A DNA stretch of 63,868 nt from positions 1 through 63,868 of the forward strand of contig DATJGL010000347.1 of assembly GCA_035495075.1 (NCBI GenBank), given 5' to 3'. The notes under the pieces were generated by a model. It was not told where the DNA came from and made no database searches. It saw only the letters and a list, made by a program, of their open reading frames with translations. Positions within the stretch are counted from its first letter, which is position 1; every line of letters starts with the position of its first letter. Of the stretch, positions 35,426-44,502 are shown piece by piece. The translations under genes and the position numbers were made by a program. The DNA comes from Gemmatimonadales bacterium. Lineage in GTDB: Bacteria > Gemmatimonadota > Gemmatimonadetes > Gemmatimonadales > GWC2-71-9.

Positions 35426-37375
35426 TCAGGACTTGAGGGAGACCCGCTGGACTATGGGACCACGCTGACTGGAGGCGAAGGTCGCGTTACCACTGTAGCA
35501 CGCAAAGATGGAGTGGCTACCCACGCTCAGGCTCTTCGTCGAAAAGCTGGCCTCGCTTACGAAGGCGTCGCCGGTTGGCTTGAGCGTCCCGCTGCCCAGC
35601 TTGTTACCGCTGCAGGAATTCTCCCGAAAGTCCACAGTGCCCGTCGCTACCCCATTGAGAGCCTGGAGCGTCGCCGTAAAGGTGACGGTCTGGCCAACCA
35701 CCGAGCCGAACGGAAGGCTCGACGTCAGCGTCACGACCAGAGTCGGCACCAGATCGATGCGATGAGTCTGATTGCCGGAGCTGGGCTCGAAGGTGGCATC
35801 GCCGGAATATTTCGCGGTGAAGGTCTTATTCCCCGCCGTGGCCGGGGTGATCGTGCACCCGCCCTGGGACACGGGGGCGGAGCATGTCTGGCTGCCATCG
35901 CTCACGCTCACCGTACCGGTCGGCGTGCCGGATCCCGATGCGCTCACCGCGAAGCCCACGGTTACCGGCTCGAGGGCCGTGGAGCTTTGAGGGTTGAAGC
36001 TCCGGACCGTCGTGGTGGTGCCTGCCCGCTGCGCCTGGACGGTTGCTCGATCGTCCAGCGTGACACCGTTGGCTTGCGCCGATATGGTATAGCTCTTGGC
36101 AGCAGACGCACCGAAGGTGAAGGTCGCAACCCCGTTCCCGTTCGTCGCACTCGACGTGGGCGTGAAATTGCTTCCGCCGGGATCGCTCGACGAGGGAACG
36201 ACCGTCGCGCCAGTGATGAGATTGCCCTGCCCGTCTCGGACCGTCACCGTGATCGTGCTCCGGTTCCCAAAGACGATGATGGTGGTGGGGTCTGCTGCAA
36301 GGCTCGACCGTGACGCGCTGACTGCGCCGGTGTGGAGATCAATGGCATCAGATACCACGGGTTCCACGCCCTGCCCACTGAAGCGAAGGGTGTAGCTACC
36401 CGGCGGTCCGTTGATGCCGAGACCGCTGAAACTGGCAAGACCGTTCGCATCGGTCTGCTTCGTGTGATCGCCGGCAAGCGTCGCGGCCGGTCCGCTTCCA
36501 AGGTCCACGGTCACGCTGAAGCCCTGCTGGTGTACCGCGTTGCCCAGGTTGTCGCGCAACTGGATCTGTGGTTGTCGAGCGAGGGTTGCCCCCGCGGACG
36601 CAACCGCCGCCGGCTGGGTGATAATCGCCAGCGTCGCCGCGCTACCCGCGGCAGCCGTCGCCATGAAGTTGATCGGTGAGCCGGGCACATTGCCGGCGCT
36701 CGCTACAGTGGTTTGGGCACCCGCGGCTGGCCCCAACGTGCGGCGTACCGCGGCTCGCCCATCTGGGCCGGTAGCGACCTGGTCGGCGCTCACACTCCCG
36801 CCACCGTTGACCGACCAGTTCACCAAGAGCCCGATCACCGCGTTTCCACTCGCGTCGAGCGCGCGCACCACCAGCGAATCGGGCAACACCGAGCCGGCCG
36901 GCGCCCGCTGATTGTTTCCCTCGACGAGAGCAAAGGTCGCAACCGAACCGGGAGAGGCAGTGGCGGTGAACGACGCCTTGAGCTGGTCATTGCCGACCAG
37001 CCTGGCCTGGGCGGTTTGGGATCCGGCCTGCGATCCCAACGTCCAGCGGGCAGCCACCCGACCATTGTTGTCAGTGACGCCGGTGTCGGGAGTAATCGAT
37101 CCCCCGGCGGTCGGCGTCGTGAGCACGAAGGCAACCCGGATCTGCGGGATCGGCACTCGACGCGCATCGGTCACTTGAACGACGAGCGACTCCGGGAGAG
37201 TTCCGCCAACGATCGCGGTTTGGCTGTTGCCCTGAATTGGAACGAGAGCGGCGGGTTGGTTCTCGGCGGGCAAGGTCAACTCACCCGCATTGCAGGCGAG
37301 CGCGAGCGGAAGCACTCCCCAGATCGCCAGGGAGAGATCTGTGAAACCATGCCAACGACGAGCCATAGCGGCCAC
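35426..37375 (-). CDS. Surface lipoprotein A: Big_1/invasin-like repeats + Ig-like group-3 repeats
   Basis: The lipobox is PLALAC. The N-terminal repeats follow the pattern G-x-x-Q-x-A-x-x-G-x-LP-x-x-L-V-V-x-V-x-D...WTLG. The C-terminal repeats have GTPTGTVSVSDGSQTC...YSGDATF. The start is GTG 37375 or ATG 37366. Confidence 0.8.
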   Translation of the reverse strand: MAAMARRWHGFTDLSLAIWGVLPLALACNAGELTLPAENQPAALVPIQGNSQTAIVGGTLPESLVVQVTDARRVPIPQIRVAFVLTTPTAGGSITPDTGVTDNNGRVAARWTLGSQAGSQTAQARLVGNDQLKASFTATASPGSVATFALVEGNNQRAPAGSVLPDSLVVRALDASGNAVIGLLVNWSVNGGGSVSADQVATGPDGRAAVRRTLGPAAGAQTTVASAGNVPGSPINFMATAAAGSAATLAIITQPAAVASAGATLARQPQIQLRDNLGNAVHQQGFSVTVDLGSGPAATLAGDHTKQTDANGLASFSGLGINGPPGSYTLRFSGQGVEPVVSDAIDLHTGAVSASRSSLAADPTTIIVFGNRSTITVTVRDGQGNLITGATVVPSSSDPGGSNFTPTSSATNGNGVATFTFGASAAKSYTISAQANGVTLDDRATVQAQRAGTTTTVRSFNPQSSTALEPVTVGFAVSASGSGTPTGTVSVSDGSQTCSAPVSQGGCTITPATAGNKTFTAKYSGDATFEPSSGNQTHRIDLVPTLVVTLTSSLPFGSVVGQTVTFTATLQALNGVATGTVDFRENSCSGNKLGSGTLKPTGDAFVSEASFSTKSLSVGSHSIFACYSGNATFASSQRGPIVQRVSLKS

Positions 37376-37502
37376 GACCGCCGGGCAACCGGCTGGCGGA
37401 ATTGGGAGTCTCGAAAGACTCGGCCGATGAAATGCTTGGTAATCGCTTTAGACGTTACCCATTCGTGCTTTGGCGTGCCAGAGGGATGTGACCAGAGCGG
37501 CC

Positions 37503-37542
37503 GTCAATTGATCGTGATCGTAGTCAATTGATCGTGATCGTA
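37503..37542. repeat. Perfect 20-bp tandem duplication (GTCAATTGATCGTGATCGTA x2) spanning the stop codon of lipoprotein B
   Basis: The segment 37503-37522 is identical to 37523-37542. The second copy encodes the last residues (..TITIN*), and the first copy lies just 3' of the stop. Confidence 0.9.
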
Positions 37543-40058
37543 AATGACTGCGGGCCACTCATGTCCACGCCACCATTGGCGGTGCCGCCGTTGTCTTTGG
37601 CAACCACCGTCACCGTCGCCGTCGTGCCACCAGCGGTCGAGCTGGGCGTAAATGTGAGCGTTCCATTTGCGTCGATGGCCGGTTGATCAACAAATGCAGC
37701 AGGAGTGTCGTTCGAGACTTCAAACGAAACGGTCTGGCCCGACTCGTCGGCTGGCCCCGCGCTGATCCCAGTGACCCAATTACTCACGCTCTGTGGTCCG
37801 TCAGAAGCGCCGACGGGGATGTTGGTGCCTGCCAGGCTGAAGCTGGGCGGATCGTTCACCGGCTTGACCATGAGCGTGACTGTAGCCGGTGCTGAGCTCA
37901 GCGCGCCATCGCTGGCGCTATAGGTGAACGAGTCCTGCCCGTTGAAATTGGCTGCCGGCGTGTAAGTAAAGGAGCCGTCCGAGTTCAGGACGAATGACGC
38001 GGCGTTCGTCGGACCCGTCACCAGGTGCGCGCTGAGCGGCGCGTTCTCAGGATCGTGGTCGTTCGCAAGCACGCCGGGCGCTGAAACGTTGAGCGGCGTG
38101 TCCTCATTGGTCGAATATGCGTCTGCGCCGGCAACCGGCGGCGCATTCACGGCGTTCACCACCTGTACCAGCGCGGCCGAAGTACTCCCGGCGAAGTTGC
38201 CATCGCCCACGTATTGGGCGGTGATGCTGTGTTGCCCGGCGTTGAAGCTTGAAGTTGCCGCCGCCGATCCGCCGGCACCGAGCGGGACAGTGGCAAAGCC
38301 GTCGCTCCCATCGCGGAACACGACATTCCCGGTTGGGGTCCCAAGACCATTCGTGACCGTCACGGTGGCGGTGAAGGTGATCGACTCGCCTGCGTTCGCC
38401 GGATTCTTGCTCGAGCTCACGGCAGTGGTAGTGGTCGCATCATTCACCGTGAGCGAGACATTGGGACTCTGGTCTCCGCCGAAGTCCGGCGTGGTCGGTA
38501 TGAACACCGCACGGAGATTCCTCGTCCCCGTCGCTGTGGGTGTGAACGAGCACTGGCCGGCACTGACGGGCGCCGTACAGCTGCCTGCGTTCTGGTAGGT
38601 CACAGTAACGTTGCCCACCGGAGTTCCCTCTCCCGGAGGGTTGACGGTGACCGAGAACTGGACCGTGATCGGTTGACCGAAGAACGAGCTCGCCGGAGCA
38701 TTCGTGATCAATGCCGTCGTGGCGGCAGCCTCCACCTGGTGGGTGGCCGCCGGGGATGCGCTTCCCGCAAAGTTGCCGTCCCCGGCGTAGGTCGCCACGA
38801 CCGACTTTGCTCCCGCGCTGGCGGACGTCAGCAGACAGTTACCGCTCGGTGCCGCTCCGGTGCAGCTTCCGCTTGTGCCGTCGCTCACCGTGACCGTGCC
38901 GGTGGGGGTGCCGCTCGCCGGCGCCATCGCCGCCACCGTGAACGTCACGGTATACGGTTGCCCCACCACCGTCGTGTGCGGACTGATATTGGTGATCGTG
39001 GTGGTCGAGCTTGCGTTCACGACATCGAACGGCGTGCTCGTGGTGCCGGTCAGGCCCGAGGTGCTGGTTGCCGTGAGGGTGTAGCCGGTGCCGGGCTTAT
39101 TGATGTTCAGGTTGGAGAAAGTCGCGATGCCTGCCACCGCGTTCACAGTGGTTGTTCCTGCCAACGCCGCACTGGTCGGGTTGGTACCGAGCGAAATCGT
39201 GATGGGGTTGGTTGCCGAAATGACTGGATTGCCGCCGGCATCCTGGATTTGCACCTCTACAGCGGGCGTGATTGGGGCCCCGACAGCCGCGTTCACCGGC
39301 TGAACGGTGAACGCCAGGCGATTGGCGCTGCCCACCGTTCCCGTGGCGCTGAACACCGCGGGGCTGCCCGCGACACTTGTCCCAGACACCGTCGCCGTGA
39401 GCTGGTTCGCACCGGCGACCGGGCCGAGCTGCCACGACGTCACGGCGGCGATGCCGTTGGCCCCCGTTGCCACCGGCGCGGTCGGCACCACAGTCCCGCC
39501 ACCCCCGGTCACGGTGAACGTCACCAACACGCCTTGAATCGGATTGCCACCGCCATCCGTGACCTTGACCGAGGGTGGCGTCGCTACGTTGGCGCCCGCT
39601 GCGGCGGTTTGCCCGTCGCCTGCGACCTTCGTCAGCCTGGCGGGCGCGGCGGTCAGCGCCGATGCACTGAACGTGACAGTCACATTTGCCGGAGCGCCGT
39701 TCCCGACCGCGGCGGCGGTAACCGTCTGCGCGCCTGCCGCCGGGCCCAGCGTCCAATTGCTCCCGGCCTGGCCGTCGGCGCCGGTGGTAGCAGACGCGGG
39801 AGATACGTTTCCGCCGCCCGTTGCAACCGTGAAGTTCACCGGTTGATCGGGCACGGGAAGCCCACGCGAGTCAGTGACTTTTACGAGCAGGCGCTCGGGG
39901 AGCGGGCTCGAAACCAGAGCGTTCTGACCGTTGCCTTGGGTGATTGCGATTTTCGCGGCGACGCTTTCGCTCGGGAGCGTGAGGTCGCTCCCGCCACACC
40001 CCGCCGCGGTCGCGAGGAGGGGCACCAAGCCAAGGAGCCATGAGCGTTTCTGGAACAT
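37524..40058 (-). CDS. Surface lipoprotein B: Big_1-like + Ig group-3 repeats + cadherin-like/VCBS-type C-terminal module
   Basis: 844 aa with the lipobox LLATAAGC. The N-terminal approximately 330 aa are roughly two-thirds identical by eye to protein C. The middle repeats resemble those of protein A. The C-terminus is PVAGADAYSTNEDTPLNV..ANDHDPE...VNDPPSF. Confidence 0.85.
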   Translation of the reverse strand: MFQKRSWLLGLVPLLATAAGCGGSDLTLPSESVAAKIAITQGNGQNALVSSPLPERLLVKVTDSRGLPVPDQPVNFTVATGGGNVSPASATTGADGQAGSNWTLGPAAGAQTVTAAAVGNGAPANVTVTFSASALTAAPARLTKVAGDGQTAAAGANVATPPSVKVTDGGGNPIQGVLVTFTVTGGGGTVVPTAPVATGANGIAAVTSWQLGPVAGANQLTATVSGTSVAGSPAVFSATGTVGSANRLAFTVQPVNAAVGAPITPAVEVQIQDAGGNPVISATNPITISLGTNPTSAALAGTTTVNAVAGIATFSNLNINKPGTGYTLTATSTSGLTGTTSTPFDVVNASSTTTITNISPHTTVVGQPYTVTFTVAAMAPASGTPTGTVTVSDGTSGSCTGAAPSGNCLLTSASAGAKSVVATYAGDGNFAGSASPAATHQVEAAATTALITNAPASSFFGQPITVQFSVTVNPPGEGTPVGNVTVTYQNAGSCTAPVSAGQCSFTPTATGTRNLRAVFIPTTPDFGGDQSPNVSLTVNDATTTTAVSSSKNPANAGESITFTATVTVTNGLGTPTGNVVFRDGSDGFATVPLGAGGSAAATSSFNAGQHSITAQYVGDGNFAGSTSAALVQVVNAVNAPPVAGADAYSTNEDTPLNVSAPGVLANDHDPENAPLSAHLVTGPTNAASFVLNSDGSFTYTPAANFNGQDSFTYSASDGALSSAPATVTLMVKPVNDPPSFSLAGTNIPVGASDGPQSVSNWVTGISAGPADESGQTVSFEVSNDTPAAFVDQPAIDANGTLTFTPSSTAGGTTATVTVVAKDNGGTANGGVDMSGPQSFTITIN

Positions 40059-40210
40059 ACGGGGTCAGGCGGGCAGGTTCCGTGCCCTGCAGTTACTGTT
40101 CCAACTCCTTGCGGCATCACCGCTTGGAGGAGTGGAGCGAGGTCAGCGTTGGGCGGGCGCTACATCCATCAACCCCCACCTACTCGGCCCCGGATTCGGG
40201 CAGCCTGGAA

Positions 40211-41878
40211 TCAGGGGCCGATGGTAATCGTAAACTGCTGCGATGGGCTGGTGTCATTGCCGCCGTTGGCGGTGCCGCCGTCGTCCTTCGCGGTGACCGT
40301 GACAGTTACCGTCGCGAACATGAGACCCGTCTGGAATGTGAGCGTTCCCGCCGCGTCGATTGCCGGCTGCACCGCGAATGCCCCGTTGGTGTCGTTGGTG
40401 ACGTTGAACGACACGGTCTGGCCGGCCTCGTCGGGCGGACCCGGGCTGATGTTCGTGGCCCAATTAGGCACGCTCACCGGCTGCAGCGGCGCCGTTGTGT
40501 TGACATTTGTGCCGGCCAGCGAGAAGCTGGGCGGGTCGTTGACCGGGTTTACAGTAATTGAGACGGTCGCAGGGCTCGAGTTCGAGGTCCCGTCATTGGC
40601 GGCATAGGTAAACGAGTCGGGGCCGTTGTAGTTCGCTTGCGGCGTGTAGACGAACGACCCGTTCGCATTGAGGGTCAACGAGCCGTGCGCTGGATCGCTC
40701 AGCTTGACCGCAGTCAGGGGATCTCCGTTGGGATCGACATCGTTGCCGAGCACGCCGGGCGCCGGCACGTTGAGCGGGGTGTCCTCATTGGTCGAGTACC
40801 CGTCGGCGCCGGCAACCGGTGGCGGATTGCCCACATTGAACGCGGAACTCGACGCGCCGATCAGGCCCGATGGGCTTGTCGCCGTGAGGCTGTAGCCCGT
40901 CCCGGCCTTGTTGAGCTTCAGGTCTCCGAAGGTCGCGGTGCCGCCGCTCGCGTTGACGGTCGTGGTGCCGGTCAATGTCGCGTTGCTGGGGTTATTGCCG
41001 AGGGTGATGACGATCTGAGCGTTGGAGTTGACGAGGTTGCCGACAGCGTCCTGCACCTGGACGGCAACCGGCGGGGCGATGCTCGCGCCGACATTGACAT
41101 TACTAGGCTGGGTGACGAAGACGAGTTTGTTGGCGGTGCCTACCTGGCCCGTGGCCGTGAAGACGGCGGGATTTCCAGTCACGCCTGTCCCTGAGATGGA
41201 CGCGGTGAGCAAGTTGCTGCCGGGGTCGTTGCCCAGGGTCCACGATGAGACCGCGGCGACGCCGGTGGCATCCGTTGGCACCGGCGTCGTCGGTAGGACC
41301 GTGCCATCGCCATCCGTGATGGCAAACACCACCAACACATCCTTCACCGGATTACCGCCGGCGTCGGTCACCTTGACCGCCGGCGCGGTCGCGACCGCAG
41401 TGCCGGCCGCGGCACTTTGGCCGTCGCCGGCAACCTTCACAACTTTTGCTGGTGCCGCGGTGAGGCCGGACGCGCGGAAGGTGGCGCTCAGATTGGCGGG
41501 TGCGTGAGCGCCAGTAACCAGCGCGGTGGCTTGCTGCACACCGGCCGCGGGCCCGAGCGTCCACTGCGCGCCGGCAGTTCCGTCCGAGGCGGTGGTTGCC
41601 GTGGCCGGGGACAGCGACCCGCTGCCGGATGCGCTGAAGGTCACGGGCTGGTTCGCTACCGGATCGTCACGCGAATCGGTGACCCGCACGATGATGCGGT
41701 CGGGCAGGACACTTCCAATCGCACTGCTCTGACCATCTCCGCTGACAATCGCGATGTTCTTGGGCACTCCTTCGGTCGGGAGGGTGATATCGTTCCCGCC
41801 GCAGCCGGCGGCGAGGAGCGCCGCGAGCGTCGGGGTGAGTCCGGCGACAATCGGTCTCAATCGAGCGCTGGTCAGCAT
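40211..41878 (-). CDS. Surface lipoprotein C: Big_1-like repeats + cadherin-like/VCBS-type C-terminal module
   Basis: 555 aa with the lipobox LLAAGC. It has the same N- and C-terminal modules as protein B but lacks the approximately 290-aa group-3 Ig block. Confidence 0.85.
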   Translation of the reverse strand: MLTSARLRPIVAGLTPTLAALLAAGCGGNDITLPTEGVPKNIAIVSGDGQSSAIGSVLPDRIIVRVTDSRDDPVANQPVTFSASGSGSLSPATATTASDGTAGAQWTLGPAAGVQQATALVTGAHAPANLSATFRASGLTAAPAKVVKVAGDGQSAAAGTAVATAPAVKVTDAGGNPVKDVLVVFAITDGDGTVLPTTPVPTDATGVAAVSSWTLGNDPGSNLLTASISGTGVTGNPAVFTATGQVGTANKLVFVTQPSNVNVGASIAPPVAVQVQDAVGNLVNSNAQIVITLGNNPSNATLTGTTTVNASGGTATFGDLKLNKAGTGYSLTATSPSGLIGASSSAFNVGNPPPVAGADGYSTNEDTPLNVPAPGVLGNDVDPNGDPLTAVKLSDPAHGSLTLNANGSFVYTPQANYNGPDSFTYAANDGTSNSSPATVSITVNPVNDPPSFSLAGTNVNTTAPLQPVSVPNWATNISPGPPDEAGQTVSFNVTNDTNGAFAVQPAIDAAGTLTFQTGLMFATVTVTVTAKDDGGTANGGNDTSPSQQFTITIGP

Positions 41879-42022
41879 CTATCCTTTGATTCCAGGAGGC
41901 GCCGAGCGGCGCGTCGATACCAACCTGCCAAGGGACCCGGGACGCTGCCACGCGGTCACCCGTCTTCTTGAAAGAGCACTCTATGTCCGACGTAAAGCAA
42001 CCAGCCCAGAACCGGGCCTACG

Positions 42023-42814
42023 TTGATACTTACATTTGCGCGTGACGATCACAATGACGCGATGATGCACGTCACGGAGCCAGGCGGAGAGCCCGCGCCG
42101 CCTCGAATGTCCCTGCTTGCCCGCCGGGTTCTCGTCGCGGGCCTGCTGGGATTCACCGCAGTCGCTACCCGCCTCGGCCTATGGCAGGTCCACCGCCGGT
42201 CCGAGCGTCTGGCCAACAATGCGAGTATCCTCGCACTGCGCACGGCCCCGGAGCTCGACGTCTCACAGCGAGGCGCCACCTCCCTGGCCAACCGCAGGGT
42301 CCGCGCCACCGGGGTCTATGACCGGACCCACGAGCTGGTGCTTCGGACGCAGGCGCTTCGCGAGCTCCCCGGCGTCGTGCTGGTGACCCCGCTCCGACTG
42401 TCCGGCGCCGGCGACACGGCTGTCCTGGTCGAGCGCGGATTCGTGCCGTCTCCGGATGCGGTCACGCTTCCACCGGAGGCAGCCCAGCTGGATGAGCTGG
42501 GATCTCAGCGCGTGCATGGGGTCGCACTGGCGCTGACCGCCGAGGCAGATAGTGGGGCCCCGCTGGTGCACCACGAGATGATGACGTGGAGAAGGCTGGA
42601 CCTCGCTGCCCTGCGAGCTCGGCTCCCCTACCCGATTCTGGACGTCGTGATCCGCCAGAGTCCCGACAGCTCGCTGCCCCAGATGCCGCGGCGACGCGAA
42701 CCGACAGAGCTGAACGAGGGGCCGCACCTGAGTTACGCGATCCAGTGGTTCGCGTTCGCCGCGATAGCGGTGGTGTTTGCGGTGGTGTTCTGGCGGGGTG
42801 GGAAGCGAGGGTAA
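42023..42814 (+). CDS. SURF1-family cytochrome oxidase assembly protein
   Basis: It has two TM segments flanking a periplasmic domain. The motifs WQVHRR and EGPHLSYAIQWFAFAAIAVV are present. The start is uncertain: TTG 42023, or the ATGs at about 42063 or 42106. Confidence 0.75.
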   Translation: MILTFARDDHNDAMMHVTEPGGEPAPPRMSLLARRVLVAGLLGFTAVATRLGLWQVHRRSERLANNASILALRTAPELDVSQRGATSLANRRVRATGVYDRTHELVLRTQALRELPGVVLVTPLRLSGAGDTAVLVERGFVPSPDAVTLPPEAAQLDELGSQRVHGVALALTAEADSGAPLVHHEMMTWRRLDLAALRARLPYPILDVVIRQSPDSSLPQMPRRREPTELNEGPHLSYAIQWFAFAAIAVVFAVVFWRGGKRG

Positions 42815-42839
42815 GAGCGATCAGCTACTCAGCTATGAG

Positions 42840-44042
42840 CTACTTCCGATCTAACTCCTCGATCGTCTTGGTCGACGGCTGTCGCTCGCGCTGCAGTCGC
42901 TGAGCCACTGCTTCCGCCTGGTGCAGCACCCGAAGCAGGTTTCGACCCGCGAGCTTGGCCAGGTCGGCGTCGCTCCAGCCGCGACGAGCCAGCTCGGCGA
43001 ACAGGTCCGGAAAGTGGGAGACGTCCTCCAACCCGATCGGTACGTGATCAATCCCGTCAAAGTCGCTGCCGATGCCGACGTGGTCCGCACCGGCGACTTG
43101 CCGGATGTGATCGATATGATCGGCCACCTGCGCGAGGGTGGCTCGGGGTTGAGGGTTATCCCGATCCCACGCTTCGAGCGCCCGCCGCCGCTCTGCCGTG
43201 TCGGATACTGTTTGTTTGAGCTCCTTTTCCCGGCCCATGTGGCGCAGGTCCATCACCGCGGCTTCGGCTGATACGAAGGCGGGGACAAACGTCACCATGA
43301 CGATCCCGCCATTGGCGGGGAGCTTCCGCAAGATCGAGTCGGGAACATTGCGAGGGTGGTCCACCAGAGCCCTCGCCGCCGAGTGAGAGAAGATCACCGG
43401 TGCTTCGGTGACATCGAGAGCGGCGCTCATGGTCCCGGGGGAGACATGCGAGAGATCCACCAGCATCCCGAGCCGGTTCATCTCAAGCACTACTTCGCGC
43501 CCAAAGGGCGTGAGCCCGCCATGGCGCGCCGAATCGAGCGCGGCGTCCGCCCAGTCGGTCGTGACGTTGTGCGTCAGCGTCATGTATCGGGCCCCCAAAC
43601 CGTAGTAGACGCGGAGCGCGCCGAGGGAGTTCTCGATCGCATGCCCTCCCTCCATTCCAATGAGGGACGCAATGCGATGCTGCCGGAACTCCCGTTCGAT
43701 GTCGGCCGCGGTCAGGGCGAGCGCGAGCCGGTCCGGGTACTGACTGATGATGCGGCGTGCAATGTCGATCTGCTCCAGCTGGATCCGGGCGTATCCGCTG
43801 TCCTTGACCTCACCGGGCACGTAAACCGACCAGAATTGCGCACCGACCTGGCCTTCCGCGAGGCGGGCAAGATCGGTATGGCCGCTGGTGTGTTGCCGGA
43901 GATCGTACGCCGCAACGTCCCGGGGAGGCGTCACCTCAGCGCGAATCCGCCAAGGCAGATCGTTGTGGCCATCAATCAGCGGAACCGAGCGGAGAACCTT
44001 GCGGACGCGGGCGAGATCGGGAGACGATGTCTGGGCGGTCAT
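42840..44042 (-). CDS. Membrane (renal-type) dipeptidase, peptidase family M19
   Basis: The start MTAQTSSP (ATG 44042) is chosen. The motifs IDGHNDLPWR, MEGGHAIE, LTHN, DLSH and GSDFDG are present. The tracked N-terminal extension is a translation of the heptad repeat. Confidence 0.85.
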   Translation of the reverse strand: MTAQTSSPDLARVRKVLRSVPLIDGHNDLPWRIRAEVTPPRDVAAYDLRQHTSGHTDLARLAEGQVGAQFWSVYVPGEVKDSGYARIQLEQIDIARRIISQYPDRLALALTAADIEREFRQHRIASLIGMEGGHAIENSLGALRVYYGLGARYMTLTHNVTTDWADAALDSARHGGLTPFGREVVLEMNRLGMLVDLSHVSPGTMSAALDVTEAPVIFSHSAARALVDHPRNVPDSILRKLPANGGIVMVTFVPAFVSAEAAVMDLRHMGREKELKQTVSDTAERRRALEAWDRDNPQPRATLAQVADHIDHIRQVAGADHVGIGSDFDGIDHVPIGLEDVSHFPDLFAELARRGWSDADLAKLAGRNLLRVLHQAEAVAQRLQRERQPSTKTIEELDRK

Positions 44043-44056
44043 GGGTGGTGAGAAAA

Positions 44057-44154
44057 GCGTGAACAGAGAACAGTGAACAGTGAACAGGAGAAACAGCCGG
44101 CCCTCATATCGAAGCTTCAAAGGTGCGCCCCCGTTCACTGTTCACGGTTCATGC
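44057..44154. repeat. Heptad-built palindromic element, copy 6
   Basis: Sequence: GCGTGAAC AGAGAAC AGTGAAC AGTGAAC ... GTTCACT GTTCACG GTTCATGC. The right arm overlaps the stop of the YkgJ-like gene. Confidence 0.75.
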
Positions 44155-44502
44155 TTTACCGATCTGCACCAACTCGGGATGATTCACAAACTCCGGACAG
44201 ATCGTCCGGTCGTACTCGTAGGGGCCACCGGTTTCCGCATCCGTCCAGGGGAACCCCCGACACACTGCAGGGAAGTAGGCCTCGCCGTGAATCGTGCAGC
44301 GGTTGTCAACCAGGAAGACACACCGCCGGTTGCGAATTCGTGTGCGCCACTCCCCCCACCGCGTCTGGTAGATCCGGTCGGGTCCGTGAGCTCGGGCAAT
44401 GGCGTCCGCCTCGGCGTCGCTCAGCGTGACCCCATAGGCACAGCAAGCCGAATTATGAGGGCAGGGGAAGCAGGGGAGCGGCGGATACGCCGGCTCCCTC
44501 AT
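44149..44502 (-). CDS. YkgJ-family (UPF0153) Cys-cluster protein
   Basis: It starts MREPAYPPLPCFPCPHNSACC. It has CxxC...CC and C-terminal Cys motifs. Its ATG overlaps the upstream stop (ATGA). Confidence 0.6.
   Translation of the reverse strand: MREPAYPPLPCFPCPHNSACCAYGVTLSDAEADAIARAHGPDRIYQTRWGEWRTRIRNRRCVFLVDNRCTIHGEAYFPAVCRGFPWTDAETGGPYEYDRTICPEFVNHPELVQIGKA

Noticed and set aside
35207-41878. A tRNA-anchored genomic island carrying the adhesin trio
   Set aside because: No integrase, transposase or plasmid/phage gene is present. I saw no direct repeat of a tRNA 3' end, and GC content and codon style look like the rest of the window. The adjacency to tRNA-Thr and tRNA-Leu is noted but is not evidence of mobility.
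42815-42850. Short TCAGCTA(C/T) direct repeats between the SURF1 and dipeptidase genes as another heptad element
   Set aside because: There are only two to three units, and no convincing inverted arm (at best a 4-bp stem). This is too weak to assign to the hairpin families.
44043-44138. Tracked N-terminus of the dipeptidase (MNGGAPLKLRYEGRLFLLFTVHCSLFTLFSPP)
   Set aside because: This is simply a translation of heptad-repeat copy 6. The conserved M19 sequence starts after ATG 44042. Similar FTVH/VNSEQ-type small ORFs around the other repeat copies (for example 1337-1540, 1462-1704 and 15116-15409) are artefacts.
1422-44154. Heptad repeats as a CRISPR array or as SOS (GTTC-N7-GTTC) operators
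   Set aside because: The copies are dispersed single hairpins, not a repeat-spacer array, and no cas genes are present. The GTTC units are spaced 7 nt start to start, so the alphaproteobacterial LexA direct-repeat spacing is not met.
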